From: Nanobdellota archaeon
Lineage (GTDB): Archaea; Nanobdellota; Nanobdellia; Pacearchaeales; GW2011-AR1
Reading direction: 5' to 3'
Assembly: GCA_038045265.1 (NCBI GenBank)
Contig: JBBSYL010000036.1
Coordinates: forward strand, 1 to 57,328
DNA length: 57,328 bases
Shown here piece after piece: positions 27,652 through 34,597 of the stretch. The position numbers were made by a program, and so were the translations under genes. Position 1 is the stretch's first letter. Each line of letters begins with the position of its first letter. Below the pieces are notes generated by a model, which worked only from the letters and a program-made list of their open reading frames with translations, was not told the DNA's origin and ran no database searches.

Positions 27652-28818
27652 ATGAATGAAAAGATAGACATTCACTTTGAAGATGTGGGAAGAAGGAAAG
27701 AATCCATTAAAAAATGGAAAATGCCTTCAGAAGTAAAGAGAGATATGCTTCTTTTCCTTAATGATTTAGAATTAGGAAAGGTAAACAAGGGAAAGAAAAT
27801 AAATCCTAGAACTCAATTAAAATATATCAACACGTTAAAAGCTCCTCTTGAATACATAAACAAACCTCTTACTAAAATAACCCTTAAAGACTTAGAAGAG
27901 TTTGAAAAGGATTTATCTTCTGGTATATTGAAAAGCAAAAAGAAAAAGCCATATTCTCATGCCGTAAAGGCAGACATTAGAATTGCATTAAGAATACTAT
28001 TAAGATGGAAATTGGGGCTAGAAAAGGCAAATAAGCTTACTGATTGGTTTGATTGCAGAGATATTGACACAACACCAGACTATTTGAGTGAGAAAGAGAT
28101 AGAGAAGTTGTATAAGAGTTGTAAAAGCCTTAAAGAGAGATTTCTTATTGCTGTTCTATTTGACGCAGGTGTAAGAATTGAGGAATTTCTCAATATAAGA
28201 TACGAAGATGTTTCCTTACCTGTAAAAGAAGCTAATTTCGTTAAAATTACAATAAAGAATGAATATAGTAAGACATTAGGAAGAAATATATCTCTTTATT
28301 GGAAGCACTCATCAGAGGCAGTAAGAGACTTTATAGAACAAAGAGTTAGAGAAGGGATAAGAACAGACAATGCAGTCTATGAAGACACTTATTCTGCAAT
28401 TCGTTCATTCTTGAGAAGGTTTGGAATTAGAGTATTAAACAAGCCAGTGCATCCTCATTTATTTAGACATAGCTCTGCAACATATTATGCAAATAAACTC
28501 AATAGGCAAGAGCTATGCATGAGATATGGATGGAAGTTTAGCTCTGATATGCCTGACATCTATATTAGTAGAGCAGGAATGGAAAATAAAGAACTTGATG
28601 AGAAATTTACTCAAACTGAATTAGGAGATTTGAAATATAAACTTGAAAAGCAAGAACAACAAAATAATCTTATGAAAGAAAGACAAGAAAGACTTGAGGA
28701 AGAGTTGAATAGAAGAAGAAAATTTGACCCATTCTTAGACAAGCTAATGCAACAACAACCAGTAATACATCAAATAAAGAAGCTATTAGACAATGGAAAG
28801 AAATTAGTGATAGAATAA
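27652..28818 (+). CDS. int: tyrosine recombinase / integrase
   Basis: DAGVRIEEFLNIRYEDV (Arg I box), HPHLFRHSSATYYA (H-x-x-R) and DIYISRAG (candidate catalytic Tyr). It is intact and lies next to the att site. Confidence 0.9.
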   Translation: MNEKIDIHFEDVGRRKESIKKWKMPSEVKRDMLLFLNDLELGKVNKGKKINPRTQLKYINTLKAPLEYINKPLTKITLKDLEEFEKDLSSGILKSKKKKPYSHAVKADIRIALRILLRWKLGLEKANKLTDWFDCRDIDTTPDYLSEKEIEKLYKSCKSLKERFLIAVLFDAGVRIEEFLNIRYEDVSLPVKEANFVKITIKNEYSKTLGRNISLYWKHSSEAVRDFIEQRVREGIRTDNAVYEDTYSAIRSFLRRFGIRVLNKPVHPHLFRHSSATYYANKLNRQELCMRYGWKFSSDMPDIYISRAGMENKELDEKFTQTELGDLKYKLEKQEQQNNLMKERQERLEEELNRRRKFDPFLDKLMQQQPVIHQIKKLLDNGKKLVIE

Positions 28819-28844
28819 ACATAAAGTGGTGATTGGAGAACAAA

Positions 28845-29567
28845 ATGCCAATCAAACAAAAACAAAAGAAATCGAGCAACCGAAGCTCAATCCAGAGGAT
28901 GAGCTTTCGGGAAAGAATTGATTATGAAGAAGATAAAAAGAATAGATACTATAAAAGAACAGGAAAACAACAAAGAGTAAGAATAAATCTTGATTATGCC
29001 ATGGGATTTTTCAAAGCTAATGAATTAAATGTGCATGAAAAGGCATATTTGCTCAACAAAAAATATCAAATTATATATCGAACTGATTTAACAGGCAAGA
29101 AAAATTACTTCTTAGTGAAGCCGAGAGGAAATGAATCGGCAGAACATTTCCTTCTCGTAAAATTAATAGAAGAATATCTAAAACCTCATTTTAAAGTCTG
29201 GCTCTATCACTCTGTGAAGCCAGACGCGGAGATAAAATTCAAGAATAGAATGATTGCTATGGAAATTGAAACTGGAAAGCTTTTGAGGAACAATAAAAAA
29301 GAATTTCTTGAAAAAGTGGAGAGACTTAATGATAATTATGGGAAAGATTGGTTTTTCATTGTCACAAATAGAAATCTATTAAAGAAATATAGAAAATATG
29401 GTAAAACATACACAAGAAAGTCTGTATTGAAGAGATTAAATTATTACATAAATAATAAACCTAAAGAAAGTATAAGCATGAATTATGAAAACAAACCTAT
29501 AAAACGTGAAAATAAGCTTCCAGAAAGGAAAACTGGTGCTTATTGCTTTAATATTTGGGGAAAATAA
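28845..29567 (+). CDS. hypothetical basic protein of the island
   Basis: An ORF from the ATG at 28845, with a Lys/Arg-rich N-terminus. ..SAEHFLLV..KPDAEIKF..IAMEIETGK is loosely reminiscent of a PD-(D/E)xK nuclease core, but this is not secure. Confidence 0.45.
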   Translation: MPIKQKQKKSSNRSSIQRMSFRERIDYEEDKKNRYYKRTGKQQRVRINLDYAMGFFKANELNVHEKAYLLNKKYQIIYRTDLTGKKNYFLVKPRGNESAEHFLLVKLIEEYLKPHFKVWLYHSVKPDAEIKFKNRMIAMEIETGKLLRNNKKEFLEKVERLNDNYGKDWFFIVTNRNLLKKYRKYGKTYTRKSVLKRLNYYINNKPKESISMNYENKPIKRENKLPERKTGAYCFNIWGK

Positions 29568-29720
29568 GTATGCAAAAAACTAAGTTAGTATGTCAATTTT
29601 CACACAAAAAATCAACATACGAAATGCTCAATTTATTACACATAGATAAAAATCGTCTCCGACGATAGAATTTCCGATACGGTCAGCACAGGAATATAGA
29701 TATCTATTAAAATGTGTATT

Positions 29721-30768
29721 TTACACCTTTTCTAAAAGAGCATCAATTATCTTCATTTTAACTGCTTCCCTTAACTTATACGTCTTAGCCCATTTAGCAT
29801 AAGCCTGCCAACCTTGATAAACCTCCATTATAGATTCAAAACTCTTTTCGCCCTTTTTGTATAATTCTATTTTATTAATCATACTTCTTATATTTCTCTT
29901 TCTCAATAATCTACAATGGTAAAAATTCCTAAATCCAACAAAATCAATGCCTCTTTTTATTGGAATAATTCTTGACTTATTAGGATGTAATTCTATTTTT
30001 AACTTTTCTTTTAGAAAAGTATCTATTTTATCCTTCCATTCTTGAAGCTGTTTAGCAGACTTATGTAAAATTACAAAGTCATCAACATATCTTATGTAAT
30101 ACTTTGCTTTCAGGGTGTGCTTGACAAAATAATCCAGCTCATTCAAATATACATTAGCAAAGAATTGAGAGGTATAGTTGCCTAAAGGCATTCCTTTTGC
30201 TCGTTCGCCCCCCCCCCCCGAACGAGCTTACTGTATTATTCAATATTTGTCTGATAAGCCAAATCACGTCATTATCTTTAATCTTCTTACTTAGAATATT
30301 TATTAAAATTTCATGGTCAACGCTAGGAAAATAGTGTCTTACATCTGCCTTAAGGCAAAAACCACTTTCAGTATAAGGATTTGAAACTTTTCTTATAAAC
30401 CTATCAAATCTCTTAAGTGCAAACAATGTTCCTTTTTTTATTTGATTTGCACATGAATCATATATAAACTGCTTTTCAAAGAACTTCTTTATGACATTAA
30501 TTATAGCATGATGAACTACTCTATCTCTGAAATCAGATTTGCTTATCACTCTTGTTTTTGGGTCTCTCAAAACAAAGGTTTCCAAAGGCAAGGGCTTGTA
30601 TGTTTTATAAGTTAGTTCTCTATGCAGATTTAATAAATTAAGCTCTAAATTTTTCTCAAATTCCATAACGTCTTCATTTGAAGTTTTACCTTCTCTTGCT
30701 TTTCTCCAAGCAAGAGTTAAGTTTCCCATTGAAGATAGCCAATAATAAAGACCATTGTAAGTTTTCAT
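29721..30768 (-). CDS. DGR reverse transcriptase, reading frame interrupted by a G12 tract (one G fewer gives an intact 348-aa protein)
   Basis: The start MKTYNGLYYWLSSMGNLTLAWRKAREGK.., DPKTRVISKSDFRDRVVHHAI, the DGR-type motif 4 GMPLGNYTSQFFANVYL (xGxxxSQ), and YIRYVDDFVIL (YxDD). The two ORF-track pieces (30154-30873 and 29721-30191) join at the homopolymer. The total of 1048 nt equals 3n+1. Confidence 0.9.
30199..30227 (-). repeat. homopolymer G12 (sense strand; C12 on + at 30208-30219) flanked by a perfect 8-9 bp inverted repeat inside the RT gene
   Basis: The sense strand reads GCTCGTTC-G12-CGAACGAGC. This is the frameshift site of the RT. Confidence 0.9.
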
Positions 30769-30797
30769 ATTATAATTCCTAGTATGCACGTACTGGG

Positions 30798-30881
30798 CTA
30801 TTCGACCGTTCTCGTTAGAGTTAGCAAGATTGTCATTATTGGCATTCAAGTTGAGGTTACTATTGAGGTACAACCTCGAAA
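30798..30881 (-). repeat. DGR template repeat (TR), 84 bp
   Basis: It is homologous to 32150-32233 and 31269-31352. It has 28 A on the sense strand, mostly in AAY codons. It lies 29 nt upstream of the RT start and is not coding; the ORF-track TTG-start extension of the RT ORF covers it. Confidence 0.9.
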
Positions 30882-31242
30882 GGTATAGCCTTCTGCTTTA
30901 CGTACTCACATTCACATCTGTAAATTTCATCTCATTATTGCAGATGTAAATGCTCGTCACCACCACTTCATATTTCATTTTTCAATTACTTAATGTCGCA
31001 GTTGAATTTTATAATCTTCTCTTACGAGAAGACCCTAAGCACAAGGCGTGTAGCCCAGCCATGATTTGTGCATGACTAGGACTGTTAAAAGAAAATAATG
31101 CTTTTTATTTAATTAGATTATAGAATATGCAATAATCAAACAATATAGATAAAAAAATAGATTATATTATCAATTTGATTTTAAAGTTCGCATTTTATAA
31201 TTTTTCATTTTTAATTATTATGTACCAAAAAATTTGACGCAA

Positions 31243-31257
31243 AGTGGCTTCGGCACT
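31243..31257 (-). promoter_or_regulatory. GC-rich hairpin 11 nt downstream of VR2 (sense AGTGCCGAAGCCACT, one C-C mismatch)
   Basis: It is near-identical to the hairpin downstream of VR1 and absent downstream of the TR. Confidence 0.55.
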
Positions 31258-32001
31258 TTAGAAGAGAACTACCCGACCGTCCTCGACAGAGTAAGCAAGA
31301 CCGACATTATCGGCATACAAGTCGAGGCTACTACTGAGGCACAACCTCGAAAGTCCAAGATTATCTTCATTAGCTTCTCCCTGCGATGCAGTCCATAATG
31401 TTCTTGTTCCTTGTCCGAGCTTAGAAGGCAAACCAGTTTCTAATGAAACATCTTCATTTCTAAATACTCCTGTTGGTTTAGCAAGAATTGGAGAATGTCT
31501 TACTTGAGTATTTGGATTATAAACTAATCCTAAACCATAACTTCCTTTATCAAAATTCTTTAAACCATATTTGACAAGAACTGCTGGAAGCTTTTTAACA
31601 TCTCTTAATTGAGCAGGTAATTGTCCAAACATATCCATAGCCATTTCATGATGTCTTCCTGAAAAGTCTAATACAACTCCTAAATCAACATAATGATTTC
31701 CTCGTATTCCTATTGTATCTCCATCATTAAGAGTTCTTTGAATATCTTCTGGAAGTCCAACTCTTCTTTCTGGAACTAATGATTGAACTACTGGTAAAAC
31801 TAAAGAATTTGAACCTCTGACTGTAGGAACTTTATTAACTTCTGCTAAGTTTAAAACTTTAAGATTGGGATTATCAGCATAATCTCTTTTAACCAAGGCA
31901 TTAAAATCTTCTACAAATCTTGGAGCATTATCTCCTTGAAGAGTGTAAGGTATTACAAATGGCTGTTTTACTGCTGGCTTAAAATCATATTTATCTGTCA
32001 T
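31258..32001 (-). CDS. DGR target protein 2 (VR at extreme C-terminus)
   Basis: A paralog of the upstream gene. The C-terminus ..LSRLCLSSSLDLYADNVGLAYSVEDGRVVLF is encoded by VR2. It starts 2 nt after the stop of target 1. Confidence 0.85.
   Translation of the reverse strand: MTDKYDFKPAVKQPFVIPYTLQGDNAPRFVEDFNALVKRDYADNPNLKVLNLAEVNKVPTVRGSNSLVLPVVQSLVPERRVGLPEDIQRTLNDGDTIGIRGNHYVDLGVVLDFSGRHHEMAMDMFGQLPAQLRDVKKLPAVLVKYGLKNFDKGSYGLGLVYNPNTQVRHSPILAKPTGVFRNEDVSLETGLPSKLGQGTRTLWTASQGEANEDNLGLSRLCLSSSLDLYADNVGLAYSVEDGRVVLF
31269..31352 (-). repeat. DGR variable repeat VR2
   Basis: There are 15 differences from the TR over 84 bp, all at TR adenines on the sense strand. Confidence 0.9.
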
Positions 32002-32003
32002 AA

Positions 32004-32888
32004 TTATTTCCCTCTCCCTGTAGGCATATTAACCATAGATTGTGTAAACCATTTATCGAGTTCGCTTTTTCTTGCTTCTACTTGTTCTCTTAATTGAGCT
32101 TGATATTGTCTAATAAAATCGGCGCCAGTGGCTTCGCCACTAACCAAAACTACCCGACCGTCCTCGTTAGAGTTAGCAAGATTGTCATCATTGGCACTCA
32201 AGTTGAGGTCACTAACGAGGTACAACCCCGAAATTCCATTATCTCTTGCAAAAAATTGTCTTTTTCCATTTTTATCAAATTTAGGTAATCCTAATTCATC
32301 AACATCTGTAAACTGTTTTTCATTATTCTTTCCAGAAAGTCTTTCATCCTGTGCAACTGCAAAATCAGGTCTTGCTACAACCTTTAATCCATATCCTGCT
32401 CTGTCTTCTTCAGAAGGCACGACATCAAATCCTTGCACCATGAATGGATATTTTATACTTCCAGCCTTACTTTCTGCTAATTCAGTAACTTGTTTTAATA
32501 TTCCTCTATTCTGTTCTCTATTGTCTTTGTTACTTTGAACAACAAATGCAGGAGTATCAGAATAATGATTATCTTTAACCATAGAAAGAACTTGAGGGTT
32601 GCTTAAATCAGCCAATGTAACAACACGCATATTGAAAGGTCTTACCATATTATCCAAACGAGATGCTGAAAATGTATTTGAACCAGTCATATATGCAGGA
32701 TTATCTTTTCCAGCTTGAACCAGTGTGAGAACATTAAGGTATTGATTATCTCCAAATCTTTCTTTAATATCTCTTCTAAATGCTTCATACAATGCAGGAG
32801 CAAATTTATCTCCTTCTGCGAATGCTGTTAAAATAGTTGGCACTCTCCAATTAGGTTGCCCAAGATTTAGTTTACTTTCTTTAGCCAT
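32004..32888 (-). CDS. DGR target protein 1 (internal VR followed by ~47-aa tail)
   Basis: ..GISGLYLVSDLNLSANDDNLANSNEDGRVVLVSG.. is encoded by VR1. There is no signal peptide or TM helix. Confidence 0.85.
   Translation of the reverse strand: MAKESKLNLGQPNWRVPTILTAFAEGDKFAPALYEAFRRDIKERFGDNQYLNVLTLVQAGKDNPAYMTGSNTFSASRLDNMVRPFNMRVVTLADLSNPQVLSMVKDNHYSDTPAFVVQSNKDNREQNRGILKQVTELAESKAGSIKYPFMVQGFDVVPSEEDRAGYGLKVVARPDFAVAQDERLSGKNNEKQFTDVDELGLPKFDKNGKRQFFARDNGISGLYLVSDLNLSANDDNLANSNEDGRVVLVSGEATGADFIRQYQAQLREQVEARKSELDKWFTQSMVNMPTGRGK
32127..32141 (-). promoter_or_regulatory. GC-rich hairpin 8 nt downstream of VR1 (sense AGTGGC-GAA-GCCACT, 6-bp stem)
   Basis: A perfect inverted repeat just 3' of the IMH-like end of VR1. 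It lies within the coding sequence of target 1. Confidence 0.6.
32150..32233 (-). repeat. DGR variable repeat VR1
   Basis: There are 9 differences from the TR over 84 bp, all at TR adenines on the sense strand. Confidence 0.9.
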
Positions 32889-32907
32889 GCCCTTTCTTAT
32901 TTTAGAC

Positions 32908-32919
32908 TATTTATAAACC
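32908..32919 (-). promoter_or_regulatory. TATA-box-like promoter element of the DGR target operon
   Basis: The minus-strand gGTTTATAAATAg starts 30 nt upstream of the ATG at 32888. Confidence 0.45.
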
Positions 32920-33217
32920 TTTCTATTATGTTACTACTTCAAAGTTAATTATGTAATATGGGACGAATATTCTTTATTGATATAAAAGAAAGAAAAGTTT
33001 GTAAATGTAAGTAAGAATATTATGCTATTTTGTACTAAAACTTACAGAATCTGTATAGAATGATACAAAATAGCTAAGTTTACAGATTACTGAAAGACGA
33101 TTATGTCATTCAAACCATAATATTATGGTATAAACACTATAATGAAAAGTGTCACAAATAATGTATCACTTTAGAAAGGTTTAATTCTGTTATAGTGTGC
33201 TTTGCTGATGCACAACA

Positions 33218-33261
33218 TCTTCTATCCTCAATAGAAGATAGTTTCTATTGTCAATAGAAAC
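33218..33261. promoter_or_regulatory. two adjacent 8-bp-arm palindromes (candidate operators) abutting the ATPase promoter
   Basis: TCTTCTAT-cctca-ATAGAAGA (33218-33238) and GTTTCTAT-tgtca-ATAGAAAC (33241-33261), directly followed by cctttaaatat. Confidence 0.5.
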
Positions 33262-33282
33262 CTTTAAATATATGTTTTATAT

Positions 33283-34503
33283 ATGATTAGCATGGTAGAA
33301 GAAGAAATAATAAAAGAAGTTATAACTTCACAGAGAGAATTATTGAATAAATCAGAAACTGGAACTCCGAGAGAGGCAGAAAAAGAGATTAGTATATTAG
33401 ATTCGTTTGCCCTAATAATAACTGGCGTGAGACGATGTGGCAAGAGTACATTTTTAAATCAGCTAATAAAAAAGCAGAAAAAAGCTTATTATCTTAATTT
33501 TGAAGACCCTCGACTAGAAGGATTTGAATTAGCAGATTTTAATAAAACTGAAATAATTTTTAAAAAGCTTTTTGGAGAAGGAGGAGTTTATTTTTTTGAT
33601 GAAATACAAAATATAGCTAAATGGGAAAAATTCATAAGGTACTTGGTTGATAAAAAGGAGAAAGTAGTTATAAGTGGCTCAAATGCCTCTATTTTGAGCA
33701 GAGAACTAGGGACAAAACTTACGGGAAGACATCTTAGAGCAGAAATGTTTCCTTTTTCCTTCAAGGAGTTTTTAGACTTAGAAAATGCCGAACCATCAAT
33801 AAATAGCTTTGATAAATATTGCCAGAAGGGAGGATTCCCAGAATATCTAAAGAAAGACAATCCAACGATATTAAATGAATTATTATCTGATATTGTAATG
33901 AAGGATATTGCAATAAGATTTGGAATAAAAAATACCAAAATATTAAATAAAATAGCAATCTTCCTCATAGGTAGCTCTGGAAAAGAGTTTTCTTATAATT
34001 CAATAAAGAATATGCTAAACATTAAATCTGTACAAAGTGTAATAAACTATATATCATTTTTTGAAGATGCCTATCTTATCTTTACTATTCCTCTCTTTAA
34101 CTATTCATACAAAAAACAGCAAGTAAATCCTAAAAAAGTTTACTCGATAGATACGGGCTTTTCTGTCTACAATACTCCCTCCTTTTCAGAAGATAAGGGG
34201 AGAATTCTAGAGAACGTTGTATTCCTTGCCTTGAGGAGAAAACATAAAGATATATTTTATTTTAAAGAAAAAAATGAATGTGACTTTTTAATAAAGGAAA
34301 GGGAAAAAATTATTCAAGCTATCCAAGTCTGCTATAATTTTAATAATGACAATAAGGAAAGAGAAATTAATGGGTTGATGGAAGCAATGAAGAAGTTTAA
34401 ATTGAAAGAAGGTTTAATTCTAACGTATAATCAAACTGATGAGTTTAATGTAGAAGGATATAAAATTAAAGCTATTCCTGTCTGGAAATGGCTTCTCTTA
34501 TGA
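33283..34503 (+). CDS. AAA-family ATPase (DUF4143-type archaeal ATPase)
   Basis: Walker A GVRRCGKST and Walker B VYFFDEIQ, with a C-terminal region like the DUF4143 family. The alternative start at 33292 fits the 30-nt TATA spacing better. Confidence 0.75.
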   Translation: MISMVEEEIIKEVITSQRELLNKSETGTPREAEKEISILDSFALIITGVRRCGKSTFLNQLIKKQKKAYYLNFEDPRLEGFELADFNKTEIIFKKLFGEGGVYFFDEIQNIAKWEKFIRYLVDKKEKVVISGSNASILSRELGTKLTGRHLRAEMFPFSFKEFLDLENAEPSINSFDKYCQKGGFPEYLKKDNPTILNELLSDIVMKDIAIRFGIKNTKILNKIAIFLIGSSGKEFSYNSIKNMLNIKSVQSVINYISFFEDAYLIFTIPLFNYSYKKQQVNPKKVYSIDTGFSVYNTPSFSEDKGRILENVVFLALRRKHKDIFYFKEKNECDFLIKEREKIIQAIQVCYNFNNDNKEREINGLMEAMKKFKLKEGLILTYNQTDEFNVEGYKIKAIPVWKWLLL

Positions 34504-34597
34504 ACGAAAGATTATTATACTAATGTGTATTAGAAATAATACGAAGAGGATTAGTGCCTTTATTCAAGATAAAGACAAGTGATGCGGTTCTGACTAC

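Noticed and set aside
27466-27675. The 69-aa minus-strand ORF.
   Set aside because: It lies entirely antisense over tRNA-Lys and the integrase promoter and start. It is an artefact of the tRNA sequence.
28845-29567. The island ORF as an Avd (accessory variability determinant).
   Set aside because: It is on the opposite strand from the DGR and is about 240 aa, whereas Avd is ~120-130 aa. It is highly basic with mixed predicted structure rather than a compact four-helix bundle.
30769-30873. The N-terminal 35 codons of ORF-track ORF 30154-30873 (MYLNSNLNLNANNDNLANSNENGRIAQYVHTRNYN), read as part of the RT protein.
   Set aside because: The ORF starts at a TTG, and this Asn-rich stretch is the DGR template repeat read in frame. 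The RT-like sequence begins at the ATG at 30768 (MKTYNGLYYWL...), which matches the usual N-terminus of DGR and group II RTs.
29721-30873. The RT interpreted as a group II intron maturase or a retron RT.
   Set aside because: The RT has the DGR-type xGxxxSQ motif 4. It is flanked by a TR with two A-specifically diverged VRs. No intron 5' GUGYG or domain V/VI-like structure and no msr/msd-like repeats are evident.
32094-32538. Plus-strand ORFs 32094-32288 and 32128-32538.
   Set aside because: They are antisense to DGR target 1. The minus-strand frame is supported by paralogy with target 2 and by in-frame AAY codons of the TR/VR.
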